This document shows positions 1 through 11,739 of a stretch of 64,000 bases of DNA, piece by piece; positions within the stretch are counted from its first letter, which is position 1, and each line of letters begins with the position of its first letter. The stretch covers positions 4,776,001 to 4,840,000 of the forward strand of contig NC_058383.1 of NCBI RefSeq assembly GCF_018350175.1, read 5' to 3'. The notes under the pieces are model-generated. The model did no database searches. It was not told the DNA's origin and saw nothing but the letters and a program-made list of their open reading frames with translations. Made by a program: the position numbers and the translations under genes. The stretch is from Felis catus (taxonomy: Eukaryota).

Positions 1-359
1 TCTCAGGGCCCCAACCCCAATAGCCTCAGTCCCTGGGCCAGCATCTGAGAAGCCTAAAGCGGCTCCTCCCAGGGAGGTCAGGGTGGGGCTACCTTGGAGA
101 TCTTTCCCCAAGGGGAACACTCCCCTGGACCTTGGAGAGCATTCCTAGAATGCCCTCTGCTTCAGCCGCGGGCTCTTATTCAAGAGGTCACTGACAGGCC
201 ACCGTGGGCATGGGGACTTGGCAGCATGGAGGGCTACCGCTTGCTGGAACCCTGGGTTAACCTGGAGGGAGGTTTTACCTTCCGCCCAGAGAAGGGCTTC
301 CTGGCATTTGTGCACTAACCCAGTGGACACTCTGACCCTGTGCTTATGAACACAAACAT

Positions 360-365
360 TTTAAT
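360..365 (-). terminator. Candidate ZNF853 polyadenylation signal (ATTAAA)
   Basis: ATTAAA on minus about 615 nt after the stop, followed by TG-rich sequence; I found no AATAAA nearer. Confidence 0.45.
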
Positions 366-979
366 CAGGATTACATCCACCCTGATGAATTTTCATTCTA
401 GAAAGTACTTTCAAGGCAAACGCCATTGAGGACAATCTAATGCCTTGATGGTTTTCTACAAAGTGCAGATAACTTTCCTTTCTCCCCCATTTCTTTTCCT
501 CGAAGTCATTTTCACCAGGATCAAATCCTATTTGTGTGCGTTTCGCCACAGGTATCCGACTCCCGGGTTAGTGTTCGATGCGTGTCAAATGTCACCAACT
601 GTCACACGTGTCACTGGCAGTTTTTTTTTTTTTTTCCTGTGGCTGTCACTTCAAGAAAGTCCAGTTTTCTGGGGGAAGGGCTCTAGCGGACTCCTCACAG
701 ACCGGTACCCAACAACGAATTTGTGCGGCGTGCTGTCTGTCCTGGTGTGCCACACCTGTGCCCTTTGGCGCCCCAGCGGCTTTTCTCGAGGAGCCTTTCC
801 GAGGGTCCGTGCGTAACCATGGCCTACCCTCAGCTAACCAGGGACAGAGCCGGGAGCCCTTCCGCAGCCGGCTTCCAGGAGGTGCGCGCACACCACGGGA
901 CAGGGCGGGAGGAACCTGCGCCCTCACCGACCCCGGCTCCCCCCCCCCCCTTCACCCACCCCCTCCCCGCCGGCCACGG

Positions 980-2811
980 TCACGGCGCCTTGTCCGCGGC
1001 CCCCGCCGCCTGCTCGGGGCGCGCGGGGCCGCCGGTGGCCGCGCGCGTGCTGCGGAGCAGGCCCAGGCCCCGGGATCGGCCGGCGCCGTGCAGCTGGCGC
1101 TCGTGGCGGCGGATCTGCACCTTGTGCCGGAAGCGCTCGCCGCAGTCCTCGCAGACGTAGGGCCGCTCGCCCGAGTGCGTGCGCCGGTGGCGCAGCAGGT
1201 TGGACGAGACGCTGAAGCGCTTGCCGCAGTCGCCGCAGGCGTAGGGCCGCTCGCCCGTGTGCGTGCGCTGGTGCTGCACGAGCGCCGAGCTCTCGCTGAA
1301 GCGCTTGGCGCAGTAGGAGCAGGCGTAGGGCTTCTCGCCCGTGTGGATGCGCTGGTGCGTCACCAGGTTGGAGTGCTGCGAGAAGCCCTTCCCGCACTCG
1401 CCGCAGCGGTGCGGCCGCTCGCCCGTGTGCGTGGCCTGGTGCCGCACCAGGTCCGTGCTGCGGCTGAAGCCCTTGCCGCACTCCCCGCAGATGGTCGGCC
1501 GGTCCCGGGCGCGCCGCCGCCGCCGCTGCCTGGCCGGGGTCAGGGCGGCGCTGCCCGCGGGGCCCGGGATGGCCACCACCGCCGGCGCGGCCACGGCCGG
1601 CAGCACCATGAGCTCCTGCAGCACCACGTAGCCCGGGGGGGCCACCACGACGGCGGCTGGAGCCCCCGGGGCCGAAGCCCCGCCGCCCCCTGCGGCGGGC
1701 ACCAGCTCCAGCTGCAGCTCCGGCTGCACGGGGGTCAGCTCCAGCCGCACCTCCTGCTGCTGGGCTCCCAGCTCCACCGGGGTCAGCTCCAGCCGCACCT
1801 CCTGCTGCTGCTCCAGCTGCTGCTGCTCCAGCTGCTGCTGCTGCTGCTCCAGCTGCTGCTCCAGCTGCTGCAGCTGCTCCTGCAGTTTGAGCTGCAGCTG
1901 CCGCTGTTCCTGTTGTCTCTCCAGCTCCTGCCGCTGCCTCTCCAGTTCCTGATCCGACCCCAGGTCAACTGGCATGAGCTCCAGCTCTACTTCTTCCTCC
2001 TCGTCTGGCTCCAGCAGAGGGGGCTGCTGCTGCTGTTGTAGCTGTTCCTGTTGCTGCAGCTGTTGCTGCTGCTGCTGCTGCTGCTGTAACTGTTGCTGCT
2101 GCAACAGCTGCTGCTGTAACAGTTCCTGCTGCTGCTGCTGTAACTGTTGCTGCTGCAGGTGCTGCTGTTGTAACAGTTCCTGCTGCTGCTGCTGCTGCTG
2201 CTGTAACTGTTCCTGCTGCTGTAACTGTTGCTGCTGCAGGTGCTGCTGTTGTAACAGTTCCTCCTCCTGCTGCTGCTGCTGTTGTTGCTGGAATTGTTCC
2301 TCCTCCTGCTGCTGCCCTGACTGTCCCTGCTGCTGCTGCTCCTGCTGCCACGGTTCCTGCTGCCTTAACTGCTTCTGTGGCTGCTGCTTCTGTAACTGTT
2401 GGTGCTGTGGTAACGGTTTCTGCTGTGGCTGCAACAGGTGTTGCTTTGGCACTTGCTGCTCCTCTGATTGTTCCTGCGGCGGCATCGGCGGCAGCTGCGG
2501 TTTCAGCTGCTGAGGTGGCACAGGTGGGGGGTTTTCCTGCAGGTGCTTCTCTCGTCGAGGCAGCCGTTCTCGGTCAGCTTGCCGCTGTTGCTGCGGTCCT
2601 GGGGATCGGCTTTGTGGTCGCCGCTCCTGCCGTGGCTGTTGTTGCAGCGCTGGTTGCTGTTGTGACTGTTGTGGTTGCAACTCCGGCTGCCCCTGCTGTG
2701 CTTCCTCAGCCATTTCACCGGCCCCCGTCGGGGCTGAGCTTGCTGGCCGCGGCGGGCTGCCGTTCTCCTGAGCCTCTTCTTCCTCCTGACTCTCACTCCC
2801 ACCGCCGCCAC
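980..2811 (-). CDS. ZNF853: ZNF853 last coding exon (Gln-rich region plus 5 C2H2 zinc fingers)
   Basis: Acceptor ccactacAG at 2813-2812, phase 1, in frame with the 980..2713 ORF; TGA at 980-982. Confidence 0.95.
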
Positions 2812-5800
2812 CTGTAGTGGAAATGGCAGGAAGCCAGGAGAGAAAAATCTACGGGCAGCTCTCAGGTGCAGACCCCCTGGACCTCCCCGCTCACCCGGCC
2901 CCATGGACAGCCACGCTAGGACACACTGTGAGCTCCCATCAGGGACCCAAAAGCACCGGCTCGGTGGACAATGGCAGCGTGGCAGGAACTGAATTGCCCA
3001 GAGGTGTGGGGTTGGCTTAGAAATGCGCCCGCAGGACTGCTGGTCACGTCACTCTGCACCCTGGCTGTTCCACCTCCCCCCCGCGCCTCCCTCCACACAG
3101 GCTCCACGCTTAGATCTTGGCAGTGACAAGAGCCTGGGTGCCTGGGGCTCCCCAGCACCGTTCCCTGAGAAGTCTCTCGTCTTCACCGCCATCCAGTGGG
3201 AATCCGCGTACAAGCCGTTCGGACAGCTAAGCCACAAGCCCGTGCTGAACTCTGACCTCAGTTAGGGTCACACCTCACAGAAGTAAAACTTGCCTTCTCC
3301 GTAAATAATAACGCCTGGAAGTATCACCACTAGCGGTCCTAAAAGTCACCGAAGTGTCAGAGACAACACAAAGTTTCCAGCGGGAAGTCCTCCGTTCAGG
3401 CCCTAACTCTATCGCTTAGTAGCCGTTGACCTCCCGCAGCCACGGAGCCCTCCTTGTCAGTGACAGCTTCGGGATACCCACACTTCCAGCTTCACGGGCA
3501 AAGCCAGAAGGGCCCCGCCATCGCCTCTAGAACCTGGTGGGCACTTGAAAAATCCCTCTCCCTGTGAGTTAGAAAATGAGTTTGCAAACTAACAAACACT
3601 TTAGCAGTACCAAGGATACAACTAGCTCCGTTTGAAACAGCCTGAAGACTGGAAGTGTCTGAGACTATTACTCAGGAATGGAAAGGACTAATTCCATAGC
3701 CCCAAGTCAACATGGTGACTGGCCAGTTACGTCACCTCTGGGAACCTGAATTTCCCTGTCTGGAAAAAGGAGATAAACCCTTCCCAGGGACATAGCGAGA
3801 ATGCCAGGGGGGAAACGTCTGGCCCAGGGTTGTGCAGGTGTAGAGGAAGCCCCACTACGTAAGAGTCGCTCCACTGTCACATTTCACTTTCCTGCACAAT
3901 ATCCACGTGTCTGTCTCTCATTTTGAGCATTCAGGCTGTGTTCACGGAAAATCCGAAGAGGCTCTCTCCATTTCCGAGTCTGATTTCCACGTCTGTTCTT
4001 CCTACAGCTTCGTATTTTCAGTTTTGTAACAGAAAGCAGAGGCTCGATGTTATAAAATTTTGCCTTCCGGCCACTTTGCCAGGATTGTATTGATTTCATA
4101 AAACCAAGGGATATCTACACGAAAATAACTTCCTTTCAGAAAACTAGTCCTAATAACCTTTGCTTAGGCTAATGGACAAGTGAATGCATTTCTCATAAAC
4201 ACACACCAGTCGGGCGTATGCGTGTGGTGAGCGAAGACAGCCATGAAAACCTGTTCCCCCAGCAATGTCAAGGTCTGAGACACTCCAGCCTCCTGCCACC
4301 CCTCGAGGCAGCAAGGAGCACCGTGCTTCTGTGTGAGTCCTCACGTTTCTAGCACAGCACTTGGCTGTGTGGCCAGTCCTGGCTGCTTACGGCAACACCA
4401 GCATTTTAAACAACGATGTTTTTAGTAAACATATTATTAAGTGTCACCTGACGTGCGTGCCCTCGCAAGACTTTTTCCAGTTAAATATTTGAGCCAGGAG
4501 AGTCGTTTAGCCACACATCCCAACACAGCCCCTCTAACTGCCTTGGTCCTTTTCATGCTGTTCAACCCTGGCCCAGCCCTCAGTCAGTGCCCTCAAAGCA
4601 CAGAGAAGGAAAGTGGCCCCCAGGAGCATGACCACCATAGAAAGTTTCCCCAGACCGTGTCCCAGAGGGAGAAGGCATCTTGAAAGGTTCTGCAGGGCCA
4701 TATTTGCCTCTGGGCAAAAGGGGAGGAAGATGGTTTGAAGCAGAGGTCAGGAAAAGTGGACAAGGAGAGAGAAGGCTACAGAGAAAAGAGAAGCAAGGGG
4801 TCCAATGCCTCAGGTACAAGGCGCAGTGGGAGAGAGCCCCTGAATTCAATCTTGAGAACTTGAGTCTGGAGCCAGGGACAGGCTGGGGAACAGTGGAGGC
4901 CTCCTGACCACTGGGGAAATAGCAGCAGCTCCCAGCCAGCACATACCCAGGGTCCAGGCATGGCCTGAGAATATCTGCATCGTCAGGGAGCCCGTCACAG
5001 GCACAACCACAGCCTGATACAGCCGCCTCGGAAAACCCTGAGGGGAACCTGCCAGTGTCACTCCAGGCAGCTGAACTCGGCCCGCTGTGAGCGGCTGCAG
5101 CCTGCCCCAGCCCCGCACCCCGGACCCACAGGTGAGCGCCCTTGCAGACAAGACAGCAGGCTGCCCACCACCCTGCAGCCCCCTCTCGCCCGCAGCAGGC
5201 CGGGCTCTGTCAGAACGTCCTCCGCGGGGCCTGAGGACTGTCTCCTGCTTTAAGTCAGAGCCACCTCCCTCTAGTCCCTCACCTGAGAGGGTGCCAGGCC
5301 CAGGGCCCCCATCTTCGAGACACCGAAGCTCCAGCACGAAGGTCTCAGTCGCTGGCCCCAGCTCCATCCTAGCGCTCAGACCAAGACCCCGGGGAGCCAG
5401 CTGTGCTGAGAGGAAGGAAGGAAGCTGTTCAGGTGGGCAGGAGTGCTGTGAGCCCCCAGCCCCGTGGCACTGACTGCCACAGAGCCCTCCACCTCAGCCT
5501 CGGGCCTCCAGAGCCAGGGGCCCCACCCTGGCTGGAAAGGAGGACAGTTGGAGCCACAGCTGGGGAAAGGAGGTGCAGGGCAGCCCGGAGCTCTGCTCCC
5601 AGGGCCCGTTCGGCCCCCCCGCAGGGAGGCAGTTCCTCCATTCCTGAATTCTGGGATTCTGTGGGGCCCACACTCAGCCCCAGCCTTAGGGGGCAGCCGG
5701 TACAACTGCTCCACTAGGATGGGGAGCTGGAGACCCAGCACGGACAGTTGAGGAAGTTTGCAGAGAAGACGGAGAAACCTCACGTTCCACTGCCCCCCCT

Positions 5801-6149
5801 ACAAAGCCCCGCCAAGCCTGTTCACCTCCCTGGTCTCTGGCCTCCTAGGCTGCTCTTGGGGTTCGGCCAGCGTTCCTAGGCCAGAGCACCAGCAACCCAC
5901 AGAACCAGCCCTGGCCCAGGGGCTCCTGAAGTCGGGAGGGTTCCCCATCTCTCTCCTGCATCCCCCCTCCACTGGCCTTCCCGCCGCACGCCCCACCCCC
6001 GGCCCCTGCAGAGGTGTCCCCACATCCAGCCGGCCTCCCCTCTTAACAGGACAGCTCCAGGTCTCTGTGGGGGTCCAGTCGAAAAGACTGGAAGCGCCCC
6101 GAAGGTTCCCCGAGCCGTCCCGCCCAACGGGCCTCACCTGGCGCAGCAT
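980..6149 (-). CDS. ZNF853: Zinc finger protein 853, join(6138..6149,5283..5400,980..2811), 1962 nt, 653 aa
   Basis: Spliced frame [56 protein letters not shown]...polyQ...five C2H2 fingers with TGE(R/K)P/SGERP linkers. Matches recalled human ZNF853; all junctions GT-AG and in phase. Confidence 0.93.
1790..2700 (-). repeat. Coding interrupted CAG/CAA (polyglutamine) repeat region
   Basis: Runs of ctg/ttg on plus; longest pure run I counted is 8 units (2180-2203), interrupted by TTA/GAA/CTG codons. Confidence 0.95.
5283..5400 (-). CDS. ZNF853: ZNF853 coding exon 2 (118 nt)
   Basis: Pyrimidine tract plus cacAG acceptor; donor CAG|GTGAGG; encodes [14 protein letters not shown]. Confidence 0.9.
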
Positions 6150-7150
6150 TTCCTGCCCCTCACCGCGGCCTCTGCACTAGGGGAGGTGTGTTCATGGTCA
6201 GCAGGGGCTGGGCAGCCAAGGCCAAATCGTCAGCCGGCTCCTTCCTGAGGCGCCTCCATCCAGAAAGAGCCGGGGAGGCGCCGGGCCACCCGGGGGCCTT
6301 TCTGGGCACTGCGGCGGCGGGCCTGTCGCTGTCAGGGCTGCCGAGGTCGCCCTGGGCCAAGAAAGGGGCAGAATGGAGTTCGCGAGCAGAAGTTGGTGTC
6401 GGGCACCCGTCCCGGGGGAAGGGGGCGGGGAGGAGGCTGGGCGCCGGGGGTCCGGTCCGAGGTCGGCGGGGACCGGGCGACACCGGCCTCGGGTGGGCCG
6501 GGGGCAGCCCGGGTCCGGCCGGGTTCGGCCGGCGGCCACAGGTGCCCGGCGCCGGGGGGCGGGGGGGGGGCAGGGGGGCGGCCCGCGCGGGGGTCCGGTT
6601 CGCTCGCCCGCCACCCCCCCGAGCGTGCGTCCGGCCGGCAGCGGGCGGCGGGCCGGACCGGGGGCGGGGGCGGCGGGGCCGGCACAGGAAGTCCCCCCGG
6701 CATCCGCATCCTGTCCCCCGCCCGCCACCCGCGCGCCCCGCGCCCCGGCCCCCGCGCCGCCGCCGCCGCCGCTCTAGGCCGCGGCGAGCTCGGTGGGCTT
6801 AACCCTTCCGGGCCCGGCCGCGCACCCGCGGGGGTGGCGAGACTGTCGCTGCCCCGAGGGGGGCGGGGCGGCTCCAGGCTCCAGGCTCCTGCTCAACCCC
6901 CCCCCACCCCGCGCCACCGTGGAGACGCGTGCGGTCTCAGGGCGCCCCTGGCCGGGCTGCTAGTTGTGGTTCATTAGCGCTCAATTAGATGACACTCAAC
7001 TGATGGGGAGGCCCCATTCCGCCCCCAGCGGACCCCAAAGAGGCCTCCCCCTCCGCACCTTGAACCCCTCCTCCTGGAGCCCCGGATGGCGAAGGCAGGC
7101 CTGCGGGGGGCGTGGTGTTTGTGCCCGCTTGGACAGTGGGTCGGGACCCC
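6100..7150. promoter_or_regulatory. CpG island / GC-box promoter of ZNF853
   Basis: Very high GC and CpG content, several GGGGCGG boxes (e.g. 6661), G-runs at 6554-6595, ETS-like CAGGAAGT at 6686. Confidence 0.85.
6138..6149 (-). CDS. ZNF853: ZNF853 coding exon 1 (MLRQ)
   Basis: ATG CTG CGC CAG|GTGAGG at the edge of the CpG island; phase 0 matches exon 2; human protein recalled to start MLHQ. Confidence 0.8.
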
Positions 7151-8612
7151 AAAGGACCAGACCTTGTTAACTGAAGGGTAAGCCCGGCTCTCTCCCTCTG
7201 TGCACAAGGCAGGTGATCAAGCCCCCCTCCACCGCCCCCAACCTCTGTCCTCCCCAGGCCCCCACCCCAGTAGCGCGGTGCAGAGGCCTCCCTGGACGGG
7301 CCAAGCTGACCCCTGCTTGGGGAGGCCTTACCTGACCATCTCCATATCCTATCAGCTTTGCCGCACTGTCCTAACCTGGAGAGTTCACATGAGAATCGGG
7401 ATACTCCAATCCTCTTGAAAAACCCAAAGACCTGGCCTTGGAGAGCTGTTCCTGGGGTAGAGTCTGGGAATAGCCTCACTGGAGAGGGACACAGATGTCT
7501 TCCCTCCCTACTGTCTCCATGCTCACCTGGCCCCCCCTTGTTCCATTTTGGATACTTTCTGGCCCCACAGGCAGTGGAGTTTGGGGCTTCTCCTCCAGGC
7601 CTCTGAGAAGCTCCTCTCTCTGGGAGCTTGCCCCCAGACTGGGTGCTCCAGAGGACAGAGGGCCACCTCTGCCTCTTCGGGGGAACAAGTGCAGCAGGAA
7701 CCCATCTTTGGAGGCAGAAAATTCTGGATTCACCATGGCCTCTTCCAGTTGGGTAATGAGGCAAATTATTACCTAGCATGTGTGGAACAGGGACCACACG
7801 CTGTATGTCAGGAGTTGAAGGGTAAGTGAGCATCCCCCCTCTGGCCCGGCAGGTGTGCACCTTCACCTCCCCTGGGAGGGCTGAGCTGTCTCTGTCTCCT
7901 CCTTCCTCCCGGGAGACCTCACACCCAGACCATCCAGATGATCCACTCACTCCTTAAATCTTGAACCTCTCTCTCTCCGCTGGCTTCTTGCCAAGAGCGT
8001 TTGTTCATCCTTACGGCTCTCCCATCTTAAAAACCAGGCAGCCCCTTCTCTCTCCTGCCCCCATGGTGGAACTTCCTGGAAAGATGCCCCATTGCAATCT
8101 GTCCATATCTCCGTCTACCTATCCCTCCTTCCCCCTCTCCAGCTTGGCCTGGGCCCCATCACTCCACCAGGACAGCTCCCTCTCATGTCACCAGTGAAGT
8201 GACCTCCCTGTCACTAAATCTCTCATGCTATCCCACCTTGGACACTTCTCCAGTGGCTGCTGAGAGGGACCACCCTTGGTTCCCACTTCCTCTGGGTCTG
8301 CCTCCTCTCTGATTCCTCCACAGACTCTGCTTCCTTTATATAATCAAAACCTGCATAAGGTGTCTTCCCACATCAACAGCTCCATCCGGAAGAGTCGTTC
8401 TCCTGTCCATGACTGAGCACCTCACAAACAGTGGCCACCCTTTTTCTTCCTCTTTGTCCCTTTAACTTTGATCCAGGTAATACACAAAGTGAATTGAGTC
8501 AGTCAAATTGTTCTACGAGGGTTTAGCAACAACAAAAATCTTTTCATTTCCAAGTCCACTTTCTTCTGATATTTTTTGCCATTTTTTTTTAAGTTTAAAA
8601 ACGTTTATTTAT

Positions 8613-8805
8613 AGGGGAACCTGGGTGGCTCAGTTGGTTGAGCGTCCAACTTCAGCTCAGGACATGATCTCATGGCTTATGAGTTCAAGCCCCGCATCCG
8701 GCTCTGTGCTGACAGCTCAGAGCCTGGAGCCTGCTTTGGATTCTGTGTCTCCCTCTTTCTCTACCCCTAACTCACTCACATTCTGTCTCTTTCTCTCTCA
8801 AAAAA
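8613..8805 (+). mobile_element. Can-SINE (SINEC) nested in the tail of an opposite-strand SINE
   Basis: GGGGxxCCTGGGTGGCTCAG tRNA-like head, CT-rich body, short A tail. Confidence 0.9.
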
Positions 8806-8993
8806 TTATTTATTTTTGAGAGGGAGAGCGAGCAAGAGAGGGGCAGAGAGAGAAGGAGACACAGAATTGGAAGCAGGCTCCAGGCTCTGAGCTGTCGGTA
8901 CAGAGCCTGACACGGGGCTCGAACTCACGAACTGCGAGATCATGACCTGAGCTGAAGTCAGATGCTTAACCAACCGAGCCACCCAGGCACCCT
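8806..8993 (-). mobile_element. Can-SINE (SINEC); tail remnant at about 8583-8612
   Basis: Reverse-complement SINE ending ...gagccacccaggcaccc; flanking tttgccat duplication. Confidence 0.9.
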
Positions 8994-9097
8994 TTGCCAT
9001 ATTTCTAAATACCATGCTCATAGTGCTATTACTTGGTTTTTCCATTTTAGGTAGTATCTATGGACAGCCTACTTTGGAGGATGCAGATTTAACTTTT

Positions 9098-9830
9098 TAA
9101 GCCACACATACATGTGTCCATGTCCTGCCCACAATAATTTGTCTGGTCTTTATCCAGTTTTCTGGGAGAGAACTTCCACACTCTTGGAGTTTCTCCAGTG
9201 ACAGGAATGTCTTTGTTATTCGGGGGTTGGGGGCTGGATTAGCTTCAGGTTGGGGTCTGGCCATACCAAAAAGACCAACCATATGATTACAGGGTTGGGG
9301 CTCTGAGCTGGTGATGTCAACCCAACCTCTGGGGCTAGAGATTGAGGTCAGTCACATGGCCAATGATTCGATCAACATATGAATGTAATGAAACACCAAT
9401 AAAAACTATGGACACCAAGACTCAGGTGAGCCTCCTGGTTGGTGACGGGTGCTCTGTTTCCAGAAAGAGGACACAGAAGCTCTACCTTCAGGACTCTCCC
9501 AGACTTTGGATCTCTTCAGGAACCAGTGCTGGTCCGTCTTTCTATCCTTTGTAGTAAAACTGCAATTATAAGTATAGCATTTACTGGAATTCTTTGAGTT
9601 GATCTAGTTAATTATTGTCCAACCTGAGTAGGTCAAAGGAATCCCTGAATTTGTAGCCAGTTGGTCAGAAGTACTGGGGGCCTGGGGACCCCTGAACTTG
9701 CAGCTGACCTCTACAGTGGGGGCAGTCCTGCTGGGAGTGATGTTCTTAACTTGTGGAGTCTGGAGGGACCCTGGTGGTCAGCTGTGGAACTGCAGGGCAA
9801 GACTGCACCTGTCCGTATGGTTTTATGACA
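9098..9830 (+). mobile_element. Old ERV LTR, MER21-like
   Basis: Resembles recalled MER21 consensus (ggccaatgatt...gtaatgaaac..caataaaaact..ggacacc; ttgtagccagttggtcagaagt); by eye only. Confidence 0.55.
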
Positions 9831-10220
9831 GTTTGGGGGTAAATCCACATTGACTGTTTCCCTAAGTACATCTCTGTAAATATCTTTCACTGCTGAGCCC
9901 AGTGATACTATTTCCTTCTTGTACAACACTTAGTTCTTCCTGGACTTAATCTCTCATCTTTTTTTTTTTCTTTTTAAATTTTGCTTTGATTCACTTTTAG
10001 AATCTCCTGAAAAGTCTTTTCACATGCTCTTATGGCTCAGTAAATGCCTGTGAACCCAACTTTACACCTGGTCAAACTAGTCAGAAAATCTGTTTGTTTC
10101 ATTTCATTTGTCTGTTTCCAGACATCCCTCTGGAGCCTCCTTCCATTGGATCCAAATTGGGCGGTTTGCCCTGCAGAGTGCTGGTGTCAGCCCGGAGTCT
10201 AGTGTCATCATCTGGGACTT

Positions 10221-10222
<2 letters not shown>

Positions 10223-10278
<56 letters not shown>

Positions 10279-10295
10279 ACACACACACACACACA
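10223..10295. repeat. Compound (TC)n(CA)n microsatellite
   Basis: Read directly. Confidence 0.95.
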
Positions 10296-10339
10296 TCAAT
10301 CTCTGTGACCTCTTTCTCCTTCTTGATTAGGTCATAATA

Positions 10340-11000
10340 GAGACCCTTAGCGCTCACCAAATACCCCAAGTGCTCCCCTACATTTCCAAGTCTTACATGC
10401 AGTTCAACCAGGGTTAAATAATTACTCTGGCCAGGGGACTGTGAAAGGAAGTGGCCCGTGCTATGTCTAAGCCAAAGTACTTAAGAGCTGGCGTGACATC
10501 TCCATCTCACGCCTCCCCTGCCGTGTGGCCTTGGAAGAGATGTGTTCCCCGTGGTGCAAGCACACGATGGTAGAACCTTAGTCGGCCTGAGCTGTCAGTC
10601 CAGTCAGGAAAACCTCAGAACTCTTAAGTAATTAAGCAGAACATTTAATGCAGGAAAATGGTCACAAACATGTTCAAAAGGGCTGCAGTATTACGCAGGG
10701 GACAATGGGACGACCCAGAGATTAGTAGTACCTCCAGGGCTAGAGGAGCAAGAGGGGAAAATGATAGTATAGAGAGACACAACTGCTATATCGGGGAGGC
10801 TGTGGTAGCCACTCTCGGACACTGGGGTGTGTAAGCAAGATACGACCAGCCCAGACTCACCAGCCAGTGAAGGCTCCACCAGAAACAGGAAATGTCTTCT
10901 CTTCCATCCTGACTTCGGATCCCTCCTTGGTGCTTCCCATTAGCAGAATCTAGCCAGAGGCCAGCTGGCAAGGGAGCCTGGGAAATGGAGTTTTCCGTCT
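10340..11000. mobile_element. Degraded MaLR (MLT1-type) LTR fragments
   Basis: Motifs such as cttcccattagcagaatctagccagaggccagctggcaagggagcctgggaaatg resemble old MLT1 LTRs. Confidence 0.4.
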
Positions 11001-11344
11001 CCGGGCCTCCCCCAATGGAGCATATGGCAGCATGGAGACTGGGTCCAGAGGCAACAGGCAAAGAGCTGGCACATTTGGTGACTCTGTAAAGCAGGGCCCC
11101 CTGCCAACCCATGCTGGAAGGGCACACATTTATGAGCTAAGGGAGTGATTGGAATGTTGCAGCTTGAATGGATTATCCTGACCTTCATTCTGGGGGAGCA
11201 CATTCTTGAGTGGTCTTCCTGAGGATAAGTATATGGCAAGTAAAATTTGGGGAGCCCTCATGTCTAAAAAGCTTCTTCTCTTTCATGTAACTGGGCATGG
11301 ACTATAGAAGGGCAATGGCTTCTCCACAGATTTTGTTTTATTAT

Positions 11345-11739
11345 TTTTTAAAAATTTTTTCATTTATTTTTGAGAGATAGAGACAGAACATGAATGGGGG
11401 AGAAGCAGAGAGAGAGACACACACACAGAATCCAAAGCAGGCTTCAGGCTCCCAGCTGTCGGCACTGAGCCTAATGCAGGGCTCCAACCCATGAACCATG
11501 AGATCATGACCTGAGCCAAAGTCAGACGCTCAACCGACTGAGCCACCCAGGCTCCCCTATTATTATTATTTATTATTATTATTATTATTTTCAAGTAGGC
11601 TCCACACCCAGCATGGAACCCAACACGGGGCTTGAACTCATGACCTTGAGATCAAGACCTGAGATCAGAGACCTGAGACCAAGACCTGAGTGGAGATCAA
11701 GAGTCGGACACTTAACCAACTGAGCCACCCAGGCACCCC
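11345..11739 (-). mobile_element. Two tandem/nested Can-SINEs
   Basis: Two SINE heads (about 11557 and 11739) separated by an (ATT)n tail. Confidence 0.88.

Noticed and set aside
578..2041. 487-aa plus-strand ORF antisense to ZNF853
   Set aside because: Shadow of a GC-rich, CAG-rich coding exon that lacks antisense stops; poly-Leu mirrors poly-Gln; no independent gene signals.
1974..2513. Cys-rich 179-aa ORF resembling metallothionein or keratin-associated protein
   Set aside because: It is the TGC frame of the antisense CAG repeat.
980..2713. 577-aa ORF as the complete protein
   Set aside because: The frame extends to an acceptor at 2812 and two upstream exons supply the N-terminus.
6160..7950. 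Several long Pro/Arg/Gly-rich ORFs, including the 321-aa minus ORF
   Set aside because: CpG-island and GC-rich composition suppresses stops; no domain, no recognisable homology.
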